Source: Octopus sinensis (Eukaryota). Taken from it: 64,000 nt of DNA. The notes under the pieces are model-generated. The model ran no database searches. It was not told the DNA's origin and saw only the letters and a list, made by a program, of their open reading frames with translations. Within the stretch, counting starts at the first letter, position 1, and each line of letters begins with the position of its first letter. The stretch lies in assembly GCF_006345805.1 (NCBI RefSeq), contig NC_043006.1:49352001-49416000 (forward strand). Reading direction: 5' to 3'. Positions 47,514 through 60,000 of this stretch are shown one piece after another. A program made the translations under genes and the position numbers.

Positions 47514-50390
47514 GAAAGTGAAATAGAAACTGTGCATGTGTTTATTATTGGCATAATGACCCTCCCAAGATACACCAGAATTTGTTTTGACTTATGAATT
47601 CACATTGAGAATCTTACAAACCCAATTCAAAACCAAAAGTGTTTATTTTATAATTACATGATAGGTACAGACGTGGCTATATATTTTGCTTCTCAGCCAA
47701 GCTGTTTTGGGTTCAATCCCATTGTGTAACACCTTGTCCCTAGATCAACCAAAGCCTTGTGAGTGGATTGTTCAGTGTATTTTTTCCATGCTGGCATGGG
47801 TTTGACAGAGTGTGATGAGCCATAGAGTTACATCAGGCGTAGTTTCTACAGCTGGATGCCTTTCCTAATGCCAACCATTTCAAAGTGTGTAAACGTGTTA
47901 CCATCATACAAACGATGTCATTCATTTCCAATCTTTCATGAAAATGCGTCTGGTGTCCAGCCATGGGAGAATTCAAGTAAAATTTAGCAACAGGATGGGC
48001 ATCTGGTTGTAGAAAACCTGTTTCATTGAGATCTGTCAGACCCGTGCAAGCATGGATAAATGATCACTAAATCATGATGATGATTATCTGCTATTATAAT
48101 GGTCTACTGTAAAAGATTTGGCAGTTTGCATCCTGTTGATTGCCCTGAATTATGTGTGTGACTAAGACATCTTTTTTTTTACTTTGAGCGTAAATGTTAT
48201 ACTAGAGAGTATAATATACCATTCTAAGTAGTGGGGCAAACATTGTATAATTGGCAGGTTGCATTGATGAGCATATCGAAATCGATCAACATCAATGGAA
48301 ATTGTAGCTGTGATACCAGTGCCGGTAGCACATAAGAGAACCGTCCGAACATGGCCGTTGCTAGCGCCGCCCCGACTGGCCTCCGTGCCGGTGGCATGTA
48401 AAAAGCACCATCCGATTATGGCCGTTGCCAGCCCTGTCTGGCCCCCGTGCCAGTGGCACGTAAAAAACACCATCCAATCGTGGCCGTTTGCCAGGCTTGT
48501 CTGGCACCTGTGCAGGTGGCACGTAAAAAGCACCCACTACACTCACAGAGTGGTTGGCATTAGGAAGGGCATCCAGCTGTAGAAACACTGCCAGATCAGA
48601 CTGGGCCTGGCGCAGCCTACTGGCTCCCCAGACCCCAGTTGAACCGTCCAACCCATGCTAGCATGGAAAACAGACGTTAAATGATGATGATGATGATGAA
48701 TCCTGTTGTAGATCTTTGGGGAACCAGTTATATAAGCTCTTCTTTTAAATGAAAACAAATATAAATTTAAATATATTTAAGTCTTTAGCATTCACATTAT
48801 TCTGTCAAAAATAATGCTTATTTATTCACATTGTTTTGAATCAGTCATGCATTATCGTGTGGCTATGAGATTTTGGTGAGGTAATTATTAATTTTTAGAA
48901 TGATATAATAGGGTGGATGTGAGGAACCATATTTGGCCAGTTTGAACATAAAACAATATTTTGGCCAGATATGGCTAATGGGATAAGTTTTGGAAAGATT
49001 TTAGCTGTGATAACGACCTATGTAAGAATATAAATGCAGTCCTTTTATACTTTTGATGTGTGAAAAATATATATTATATATAAAAATGTTGAAGACTGCA
49101 CTTTATATAAAACATTTGGTTGTATTGTGTCTGGGGAGAGTCATTCTCTTTTGGTGCCTTATTATTTAACACCCTCACCAGTTCGATTTCCACTCATTTA
49201 CTTATTTATTTTTTCTAAAATTTTCGTTGCGTCTTGCAACCTTTTCAGTAAAATATGCTTCAATACACAAATTCACATAAAGAATCTTGCAAACCAAATA
49301 CAAAAACGAAATTTGGTTGTGTGTTGTGAGCACTAATGTTGAATTACTGGCAATTTCTTTTCCGAGAATTAACAAGTCACTTTGTAGTTATATCATAGCC
49401 ATCTTAGCACTGAATCATAATAGTGTTAACTTCTCTCCTGTTGATTTTGCAAAGACCTTTTCTTTTTAGAAGTGTGTATATAAGTGTGAATACCATGAGC
49501 TGATGCTGGAGGTTATTCCCTTGCAAAACTTGATGAAAGAAGATATGAGAGGTAGTGAAGCCCAATCTGAGTAAGTTGAGCCTTTCAGAAGCGATGATGC
49601 AGGGTCAACCAAAATGGCAGAGTTTTATATTGCAGACCTGTCCAACTGTCCATTCTCCATATTAGTATGGACAGTTGGACATTTGAATAATGATGGTGAT
49701 GTGGTCTTATAGTCATCAGATAAGAAAATTGTGACAATGCTTATATCATCATCATTTAATGTCTGCATAGGTTAAATGGACTTTGTTGAGGCAGATTTTC
49801 TACAGCCAGATGCTCTTCCTGTCACCACCTCTCACCTGTTTCCAAGATATTTTACCTCAGCTAGACATGTCTTTCATGGAAGACTGGAAACAAACAACTT
49901 CACTTGTATGATGATGATGATGATGTTCATTTGTAACCGTCACATGCTGTCAAGGTACACACAATCCAGATATACATCACAGGCTTCTTTCAGTTTCTGT
50001 CTGCCAAATCCACTTACAAGGCCGGGGCTGTAGTAGAAGACTTGCTCGAGATACCATGCTGTGGGTTTGACCCCAAGACCACATTGTTGGGAAGCAAACT
50101 TCTCAACCACACAGCAATGCTTATACACACCTGTGTTATTTAGTTATTTGCCTGCATCTAATTCACACGCATTTATATGAAACATGTTGTGTCTAATCAT
50201 ATCCATTATAAATATTTTATATTCTGAACTTAACAATTCTATCATCATTATTTTTTTTCTTCTTCTTTGCAGTAATGTCATTCCTTCATTTGTGATTTTG
50301 GACATCCAGCAGTCAACTGTAGTTGCCTATGTCTATAAGCTGATAAATGACGATGTTAAAGTGGAGAGGATAGAATATAAGAAGTCATAG
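36736..50390 (+). CDS. VPS29: Vacuolar protein sorting-associated protein 29 (retromer subunit), complete, 4 exons, 182 aa
   Basis: join(36736..36738,42455..42646,47016..47251,50273..50390) = 549 nt. Motifs [56 protein letters not shown]. First coding exon is the lone ATG followed by gtaagt. Confidence 0.96.
40671..41193. mobile_element. MITE-like element with about 19-bp imperfect TIRs and an internal telomere-like motif
   Basis: aaggacttctgcccatcccc / ggggacgggcggaagtctt; ctaaccctaaaaccgtaaccgtaa at 40853..40876; no clear TSD. Confidence 0.55.
42455..42646 (+). CDS. VPS29: VPS29 exon 2
   Basis: ttttgcag|TTG...GAA|gtaagt, 64 codons. Confidence 0.96.
43860..43960 (+). mobile_element. Possible pogo/Tigger transposase remnant
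   Basis: VDNCSAH...FIKVSFF resembles the DDE_1 DNxxxH motif; short and unconfirmed. Confidence 0.35.
45124..45899. mobile_element. Penelope-type non-autonomous repeat with minimal hammerhead motifs, inverted plus tandem arrangement
   Basis: About 165-bp imperfect inverted arms 45124..45290 / 45324..45491; direct repeat 45324..45549 ~ 45674..45899; hammerhead-like cores at 45635..45679 (+) and 45284..45330 (-). Confidence 0.7.
45635..45679 (+). ncRNA. Minimal type I hammerhead-like motif (stem II damaged)
   Basis: TCTGTG-CTGATGA-a-ggg aaataa cac-g-GAA-A tcgcga T-A-CACAGA; palindromic stem III/loop. Confidence 0.55.
46239..46696. mobile_element. tRNA-headed, hammerhead-tailed retroposon with head-to-head inverted partial copy
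   Basis: 14-bp TSD AGACAGTCTTTATA at 46225..46238 and 46697..46710; central 22-bp palindrome 46370..46415; A/B boxes at 46401..46411 and about 46444..46453; hammerhead-like core 46562..46607. Confidence 0.8.
46562..46607 (+). ncRNA. Minimal type I hammerhead-like motif
   Basis: GACAC-CTGAAGA-a-GGCT...AGCC-GAA-A cg T-T-GTGTT; palindromic AACGTT stem III. Confidence 0.6.
47016..47251 (+). CDS. VPS29: VPS29 exon 3
   Basis: cttgcag|ACT...GAA AA|gtatat. Confidence 0.95.
48290..48698 (+). mobile_element. RTE 3' UTR-only copy (one of many; similar at about 4170-4400, 22110-22510, 28190-28452, 51408-51812, 52545-52982, 59470-59660 on +, and 31060-31240, 34572-34770, 53500-53735, 61162-61345 on -)
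   Basis: Array unit(s) + ggcacgtaaaaagcacccactacac...ttaggaagggcatcc...ccatgctagcatgg...(GAT)n, matching 21620..21810. Confidence 0.85.
50273..50390 (+). CDS. VPS29: VPS29 exon 4
   Basis: ctttgcag|T AAT GTC...TCA TAG. Confidence 0.95.
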
Positions 50391-53300
50391 AAAATATTGT
50401 TATTTATAGATAAAGATATATGAAGAGAATATAGACTTATGGTGGAGTTTTGTATATTTTAAAAGCCTGACTACAACGGTGGAAGTAATTCTACTGAAGA
50501 CTTCTGAAGAACACCAGGACTGATTAAGAATATAAGCCAAGCAAACAGCTCATCTTCTCAACTGTGACAGATTTACAGTTATGGCGAGGGTTTGTTAATA
50601 TGGTATAACGATAGCATCATCTGGTAAAAATATCCCCAATTATTTGTAAGGAAATCTACTTCTTAAATTCCTACTCATTCTGGCTGCATGTACATCTCTA
50701 ATGATTTAACTGTAACAATACACACACACACACATACATATATATATATGTGTGTGTGTGTGTGTACACACATGATCTTTATCCAATTTATATATGTATC
50801 TGACTGAAATATGTGACCATATTAGTATACATATATACATATGTATATATATATATTGAAACACATGAGCATATTAAAAATTGTAATCTACCATAGTTGT
50901 TTTTATAACTGCTATTACTTGTCAGCTTTTTTAGTATTTAAAATAATCTACAAAAACAACAAGAACAATGTTAAAAATCTGCTCTACCATTGACATTACT
51001 GGTTCATTGTTAACATGATCACCACCTTTCCCTTAACTGACCAAATGGTCGTTTTTTTTCTGACTGAATGAAAATGGTTACCTATAAACAAATAAACCTC
51101 TATAAAGTACTGTTTCAGTCTGTACATGTTAATTATTTATCCTAATTTGTGCTTTGTTTTATGTATTTTTTATATTTGACTCGTTTCAGTTATTTGACTG
51201 CGGCCATGCTGGGGCACCGCTCTGAAGAGTTTTTGTCAAACAAATCAATCCCAGGACCTGTTTTTTTAAGCCTAGTACTTATTCTGTCAGTCTCTCTTGC
51301 TGAACCATTAAGCTACGGGAGCCGTAACCACACCAACACTGGTTGTCAAGTGGTGGTGGGGGACAAACTTAGACACAAAGACATAGATATATATACATAT
51401 ATATGTACAGCCTCGCCTGGCCTCCGTGCCGGTGGCATGTAAAAAGCACCATCCAGTCATGGCCGTTTGCCAGCCTCGCCTGGCCTCCGTGCCGGTGGCA
51501 CGTAAAATGCACCATCCGATTGTGGCCGTTTGCCAGCCTCGCCTGGCCTCCGTGCTGGTAACACGTAAAAAGCACCATCCGATCGTGGCTGTTTGCCAGC
51601 CTCGTCTGGCACCTGTGCCGGTGGGACGTAAAAAGCACCCACTACACTCACGGAGTGGTTGGCGTTAGGAAGGGCATCCAGCCGTAGAAACATTGCCAGA
51701 TCAGACTGGGCCTGGTGCAGCCTTCTGGCTTCCCAGACCCCAGTTGCACCGTCCAACCCATGCCAGCATGGAAAGCGGATGCTAAACGATGATGATGATG
51801 ATGATGATGATATACATGATGGGCTTCTTTCAGTTTCCGTCTACTAAATCCATTCACAAAGCTTTGGTTAGCTTAAGGCTATAGTAGAAGATGCCCAAGG
51901 TACTATGCAGTGAGACTAAACCCAGGACCATATGGTTGGGAAACAAACTTATCACACAGCTATATAACAGCTACTTATGAAACATATAGCAAGTATATAG
52001 TATGACAGGTATGTTTCAAAACCAGCATGAGTGCAAGGTATTAAATGTCTCAATACCAAACTGTAGCATCATTGTTTTAGTGTCTATGTTTGCCATGCTT
52101 ACATGGGTTGAGCAGAGTCTCTATGGATGGATGCTCATCCTATTACTTATCCATACCTGTTTCCAAACAAGGTAATATTTCCCCATGGTCAGATAGGTTT
52201 TCGCAGAATATTGTAAATGAATGGCATTCATTTACAACAATTACATAATGTTAAGGCAAGGAAACACAAACGCATACACTAATACGTACGATGGGTTTCT
52301 TTCAGTTTCTGTCTACTCAATCCACACACAAAGCTTTGATCATCCTGGGGCTGTAGTAGAAGACACTTGCCCAAAAGTGTCATGTAGCGTGGTTAGCCAC
52401 AGTTGTGGCTGTATTTTATTAACAGTGTCCTATAATCAAGTATGTATTTTAAGTACTTGATTATCAACTTACATTATTTTTTTTTTAGTTCAGACCCATT
52501 GCTGATTTTTGTGTATTTAAGCAATTAATTTATTCTAATCGAAAACAAATTCGATGACTGGCATCTGTGCTAGTGGAGTGCTAAGAGTACCATATGAGTG
52601 AGATCGGGGTCAGAACAACAAGCTGGCCTCCGAGCCGATGGCACGTTAAAAACACCAGTCGAGCGTGATCATTACTTGTGTTGCCTTACTAGCACTTGTG
52701 CTGGTGGCACGTGAAAAAACATTAAAGCAAGGTCATTGCCAGTGCCGCTGGACTGGCTCCTGTGCGGGTGGCACAGAAAAAGCACCATTTGAGTGTGGCC
52801 GTTGCCAGCACTGCCTGACTGGCCCTCGTGCTGGTAGCACGTAAAAGCATCCACTACACTCTCGGAGTGGTTGGCGTTAGGAAGGGCATCCAGCTGTAGA
52901 AACTCTGCCAGATCAGATTGGGGTCTGGTGCAGCCATCTAGCAACGGAAAGCGGACGTTAAACGATGATGATGATGATGATTTCAGTTGATCTTGATAGT
53001 TACAGGTATCAGATCTTCTGGAAATGTTATCTCCATAACATCTGATATCTATAAGTATACAGTTATAATCAATAAGTATACAGATGTAATCAATGAAAAA
53101 GATCAATTGAACTGAAGTGGGTGGTACAAGAGGAAACGAAGTTGCCAGTGAGGTTAAAATATGCATTGTGATATTAGTTTTTAAAATTGTTAATATTTAC
53201 AGAAGTTTATGTAAGGGTAGAATTGTAGATATCATAATCTTGTAAAAAGTGGTCATACTTTCCAACATGAAGGACTCCATAACCTGAGGCACTATAAACC

Positions 53301-54425
53301 AGGGATGCCTGTACATGCCAATATACACAATCTGCAGCCATACAAAATGTTCATTACTTAAAATTTGATTTGTTTTTCTTACAAAGGCTTGGATTATGCT
53401 AAAAAATTTTTATTCTTAGTATATTCTTGAGCACATTAATAGCTAAAAACCAAATGATGTGGAATTCTGATTATGAAAATTGGAAGTGGATATCAGCATC
53501 ATCGTTTAACGCCCGCTTTCCATGCTAGCATGGGTTGGATGATTTGACTGAGGATTGGCAAACCAGATGGCTGCACCAGGCTCCAATCTGATCTGGCAGA
53601 GTTCCTACAGCTGGATGCCCTTTCTAATGCCAACCACTCCGAAAGTGTAGTGGGTGCTTTTATGTGCCACCGGCACGAGGGCCAGTCAGGCGGTACTGGC
53701 AACGACCATGCTCAAATGGTGTTTTTTACGTGCCACAGAGAAACATCTTATATTATGTAAGAAATATAAAATAAGATTTTCATCACTATCATCCTTTAAT
53801 GCCTGTTTTCCATGCTGGCATGGGTTGGCTGGTTTGACCAAAGCTGGCAGGCTGTGGAGCTGCACCAGCTTCTACTGATTTGGCTTGGTTTCTACGGCTG
53901 GATGCCCTTCCTAACACTAGCCACTTTACAGTGTGTACTGGGTGCTTTTATTGTGGTACCAGCAGTATTTTATATTTTATTTTCCATGTGTTGGATGGTT
54001 TTTCTCCAGCACTGTCTCTTGACTTCAGTATTCTAACATGAGCTTTCAACACTTCTGCTCGTTTTCCTTTTCTCCACAGATTACTTCCCTTTGAATCACG
54101 TGCCACGTTTTTAGCCAGCAATTATCCTTCGGATGTGACACATTCAATGCCTTCGCTGTTCTTACTCTTGCTACTATGCTTTCAGAGCACCTAGATCAGT
54201 GGTTCCCAATAGATTCTTGGCCATGCCCCACCGAATCATTTCTAAAATCCTGATGCTCCCTTGTGATATTTAATTTTTGTTCAAAATTTGGTTAATCTTT
54301 ACAATATTACCTGGAAACAAAATTGACCAATTTTTTTTTTTTACTTGCACTACTCATTTTATGTATTTTTGAATCGGCACAACTACAAATTTCTGTACCC
54401 CTATTTTCTAATGACATTTTCTATG

Positions 54426-55700
54426 AATATGTGTTATATCATGTAGATTCCAAATATACAAAATTTTTGGGGAAAAGTGTTTTAGGAGGAGTTGGGATGA
54501 GGAATTTCAGAAATTTCACCAGAGTCCACTTCAATCCGTCTTAACTTTCAAGAAAAATGAATATTTTTTTAATGAAATTCTCTACAAATATATCTCGCAC
54601 TATGTAAATTTCAAGGATATAGGAAATTTTGGGTAAAGCAATTGGGGGCTATTTTTGAGAATTGTTCCCTACTCACAGGTGTTTCTGAACAAGTCATCTC
54701 TGTTTCATTTTCTGTTTTGTGCATCCATAGATTTCTACCATACAACACACCACACATGTAATTAAAAAAGTTCAAACGGAGAATTATTCCATTCAATATG
54801 TTTATTATAGAGATTATGTAACAAATTATGCTTTACACTTCTATATTTAACTCTTTTACTTGTTTCAGTCATTTGACTGCAGCCATGCTGGAGCACTGCC
54901 TTTAGTCGAGCAAATCGATGCCAGGACTTATTCTTTGTAAGCCTAGTACTTATTCTATTGATCTCTTTTGCTGAATGGGGATGTAAACACACCAGCATCG
55001 GTTGTCAAGTGATGTTGGGGGCGGGGGGACAAACACATATACATGACGGGCTTCTTTCAGTTTCCGTCTACCAAATCCACTCACAAGGCTTTGGTCGGCT
55101 TGAGGCAATAGTAGAAGACACTTGCCCAAAGTGCCACACAGTGAGACTGAACCCAGAACCATGTGGTTGGTAAGCAAGCCACTTACCACACAGCCACACC
55201 GGCACCTATACACTGTGCGTATATAATTCTTATTTTTGCTTCAGTCTTTCTATTAGAAATGTTTACCTGGCAATTTACTTAGTGAAAAAAAAATTGTATG
55301 CAACAGATGTCGTCTTAGCATATTTCTGTGTACCAGACCTTTAGCTGTTATTTTTAGCATGAGTTTTCTGGTGAGGGCTTCATTTGCCTTTATTGCTTGT
55401 TTGTTACTTCAGTAGAAATCTACGGATGTACAAATGCACAAAACAGAAAGTGGAACAAATATGGACAACTTGTTCAGAAACACCGAGTGGGGAACAGTTC
55501 TTAAAAATACCCCCTAATTGTTTATCCTCAAAGTTCCTATGTCCTCGGTATATTTGTAGAGAATTTCATTAAAAGATATTCATTTTCTTGAATGCTAAGA
55601 GGAATTGAGGTGGACTCTGGTGAAATTTCTAAAATTCTCCACCACAACCCCTCCTTCCCAAATTTTGTATATTCGGAATCTACATGATATAACACATATT
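54426..55700. repeat. Pair of about 300-bp diverged inverted repeats enclosing a SINE; hAT-like terminus cagtggttcccaa at 54197
   Basis: 54426..54738 is the approximate reverse complement of 55412..55700. Confidence 0.75.
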
Positions 55701-57083
55701 TGTAGATAATTTCTTTTAAAATAATATCCATTTTCCTGAAAGTTATGATCATCAAAGTTGGGTGATGGGGCAGAAATCTGTAGTTATACCTTTGAATCAA
55801 ACACAAAGATTTCAGTTCAAGCAAATGTTTTCAAAAAGATTCCAGTATAAACTTTCGGAAAACATGCTCAAAAAGGAACAAAACTTATTCTGTGGATCTT
55901 CCCAGCTGCAAAAGCCTTTGTATCAATGATGGAAGTTTTTCCATACCTTTTTGCTAAATTCATAAAACTGACCTGTTAATTTTCATCTCTATTTATCTCC
56001 CTCTTCTTTCACTGATGTTACCCCTTACTTCCACTCCATTCAATTCTTTCATCCCTCACCCCACAACACCATTTATTGCCCTATCAATACTCTGCAGCAG
56101 CACATTTTTCTTGTGTACCTAAATTTTTTGTCACTAGAGATAAAAGAGTCGCTACTCTTAGACACACAAGTCTGCCTCCAGTTTATTTCTCCATGGGGAA
56201 GATGGCATTGCTTTCAGTACTGACCAGTTCCATACAACATGCATGCACGCACACACAAACGTGTTTGTAATTACCTACATGTTTTCACATACCACTAAAT
56301 CGAAGGAAATAATCTTATTCCCTCTTTAGAGACATCAGATCTTTGAATAAGAGGAAAACGACCTGTTGTCTCTAAAGTGTCAAATTTGATAAAATTGTCT
56401 ACAGATGGGATGTAAAGAATTTTTTTTAATAACTCATTCTTGAATTATCCCTTCTCTTCTTGGTGTACTAAAAACATTGTGTACAAAAGGTATAAAATTC
56501 AACATAACCTTACGCATACCTCACCAAAATATTACCATGCCCTACATTAGGAATCACAGACCTGGATTATATTGAAAGGAATTATCCTTTTAACTAGACA
56601 GTCAAAAGAGGAAAAAGAAGATTAGTGACCCCACTGATGAGAGAAAGAGAACAATGACATTCTACTTCAAACAATATTTCCAATACATCAAGAACTCCAT
56701 TACTGAAGGGCAAAGATTTTGAATAGACATGGAGAAACGGCCCATATGTTTTATGGTATCTAGCTCAGTGATTTAATTTCTTAGCATCACAAAGTCCAAA
56801 TAGTGTTAGCAGTAGAATTTACTTTACATCACCAAGAATTAACAAAATCTTTTGCATCTTCTATGCTTTATGCAAAAGGAAAAAAAAAAAGTATTGTGCC
56901 AAGTTGCAAAAGATGAGCCTAGGATACGATGAAAAAAATTTTACGTACTGGGCAAAACTAATTTCAAGTAAAATTCCTAATTAACAACAACAATAAAAGC
57001 TTAACATTGATTTTATTAAAGAAATATTGAAAAGAGTGAATACAAGAAAAAGTACATGACTGGAATGATGATATCCTGGATGC

Positions 57084-57096
57084 TTATTCATAACCA
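57084..57096 (-). CDS. PSMB4: PSMB4 last coding exon (H-GYE*)
   Basis: ctttatttgcag|T GGT TAT GAA TAA; matches human terminal GFE; AATAAA on - strand at 57012..57017. Confidence 0.85.
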
Positions 57097-60000
57097 CTGC
57101 AAATAAAGATTAAAATAGAAAATGAAGACAAGAAAATAAATACAGAAAATTCTTTTAGTAATCAACAAGGAAAAATTACACTTTTTACTAAAAGTAAGTG
57201 AAATACTAAAGAATAAAAAAAATATCACAGGACTAATGCCTACCATTCAGTTTTAATTCTTGGTTGAGGTCGTTTCACATATAATTGATGCTCTTAAGAA
57301 AGGCATCCTATCTTCTATAAATCATGATCCCATGTACTTCTTTCACACTAACAATTGTTTGCTATTCCGAACAATTTGCACTGGTATCAATGACTAACAA
57401 ACCAACTTTTCCAAACACTTGTGACCTTCCCCCCCTCCCACAAAAGCAGCTATCTAATCAGATAATTTGAGGACTACAAAATTAATAGAACACACCTCAA
57501 TTTTATCTACTCAGCAACACAAACCATGATAGTTCAAGATAGCTAAGTGGTGAGATCTTTACTAGTTTTTACAAACTTTGTCAGCAAATGTGCTGCATTT
57601 CTGACATGTCCAAATATACTAAACAAGTGATCTAGATTAGGCAAGAGCAACCTTTTTACTTCAAAAAAAAAAAAGCTACATGAGACATAGTTTGTTATTG
57701 AGGTGTGCTGCACTACTAAAAAAAGTCCAGGATAATTTTTTGTTCAGATGTGCCATTCAGAAAGTACCACAGGTCACTGTTTGTGATAAACACATCTACA
57801 TCCCTCACACAACCATACCTTACAATACTAAAATTCCTGAAAGTAGTTTCACTTGTGGGCACATAGGGCCTTCAGGTAAGGTATAAGTTTTTTTGTGTAA
57901 GTCAACACTAAACAGATATATATATATAAATGATGATGATATATATATATATAAAATTAGAAAAAAAACACCTTTTATCAATTCAAAATTAACAATTAAA
58001 TTACATATAATAGAAAAATTGAAATTAAAATAACAATAAAATGTCAAAGATTAAGTAAATTGCAAAAAATAATAATAAAAACTTATATAATAGGTGTATA
58101 TATATATGTATGTATGTATGTATATAAAACCTACTTACTGGATCAAATGTGCAATACTCCAGTCAACTTTTGCAGAAAGTGGCCCCTCTATAGTTGCACC
58201 ATCTTTAGTCACAGACACAATTTCAAACTAAACAAAGAATAAAGAACAACATCAGTAAATTCAATCTAAAACATTTTACATTTGAAATATTTATTGTGAA
58301 ATACTTAATCCTTTAGCATTCAGTTTACTTCATCAAATGTAATATTTATTCACTTTTTTAAAGTTAATCCTGTATTATCTTGTAGCTTTGAGATTTTGAA
58401 GTTATGAGTGTTTATTTTAAGAATGACATTGTAGAGTAGATAATGAAAAGCTGGATCGGGCCACTTTGAACAACTGATATGGCCAGTTTAAATGCTAAGG
58501 GTTAAGCATAAGGAACAACAAACAGATAAAGCTACTCTTTTTAGTATTACTTCTAGATCTTCAGAAACAATGTATTTTACAAAACGTTTCTAGATTCAAA
58601 ATAGTTTGATCATGTTATTCATTTCATCCTTTGTTGTATTCTAAATATTTTGATCGATAATTTATCAAATCAACTGCAAATACCATTTGTACAAATCAGT
58701 ACTTCACAAGCAGTAGTAACAGGATTTACAATACCCCTTATTACACCAGAACTACTTATAATATTTTCATATACATGTACGTGTGTATCTACGTATGAGT
58801 GTGCACCACATTGTAAACCTACTAAAGAAAATAATGAAGAAAAACAAAAGTCAAAATTTTGAAGTTCCATAAATGAATATTTCTTTCTTTTCATAAATCC
58901 TTTCATTCCTTTAGGAGTACAGGCTATTGATGACTTTTCTCCACTGTTCTTGACTCCGAGGTGTCCCCAAGGGAAGGCCTTCTTCTTCACTGGTCATGTT
59001 AGTTAAGAATTGTCATCCATGATTCTATAACTTTGCTTTATTCTAGGTAGAATGTTGGCCCTATGGGAAGAGGTGATCCACACTAGTCTGGTGTTTATCC
59101 TTTGACCTATTCAGCATGTTTCTTCACTTGTTGTTAGACAACATTTCTTCACTAAGGTTCAATATCCTAACATGAGCTTTCAACACATCTGCTCGTTTTC
59201 CTTTTCTCCACAGATTACTTTCCCTTGAATAACTTGGCACATCTTTAACCAGATACCGTCCTTCAGATGCATCACATTCAATGCTTTCGCTACTCTGGCG
59301 ACTGTGCTTTCAGAGCACCTAGACTATATTGAAAGGAATGGAGGTTCACTAGCCACCCCACTGCAACAAAGCCTGGACCTTGTCGTGGTGGTTGCAGAGC
59401 ATAGTTTACTAACAGCTCAACTGAAAAATACACAAATCTCTCCAGGTGTTCACTTGTTTTGCAAATTCATTTATTTTGACTCCAGTGCAGGTGGCACGTA
59501 AAAAGCACCCACTACACTCTTGGAGTGGTTGGCATTAGAAAGGGTATCCAGAAACATTTCCAGATCAGATTGGAGCCTGGTGCAGCCCACTGGCTTGCCA
59601 GACCTCAGTTAAACCGGCCAATCCATGCCAGCATGGAAAGTGGACGTTAAACGATGATGATGGTGGAAATTTGGAGTATTTTTGCTTGTCTACAACTCAA
59701 TGCCCATTCTGAAAGTAAATATTCCACTGTAAATTAAGGTTCTTTAATGCGTTTCAGCTTAAAGACTGGCCATACTAGGGCACCAGAATTGTTAATCATA
59801 TTTGTTTGACATATTGTGCCAGTGACACATAAAAGGCACCCACTATACTTTTTGAGTGATTGGCATTAGGAAGGGCATCCAGTTGTAGAAATCAAGCTAA
59901 GTCAGACTGGAGCCTGCTACAGCTGACCAGTCCCAGGCAAACCATCTAACCCATGACAGCATGGAAAACGGATGCTAAATGATGATGACCATTTCATTTC

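Noticed and set aside
47252-50272. U12-type intron suggested by the GTATAT donor
   Set aside because: Lacks the GTATCCTT donor and a TCCTTAAC branch site near the acceptor.
58670-58990. 106-aa - strand ORF as the missing PSMB4 exon
   Set aside because: No proteasome similarity; the real exons were found at 58139-58227 and 57084-57096.
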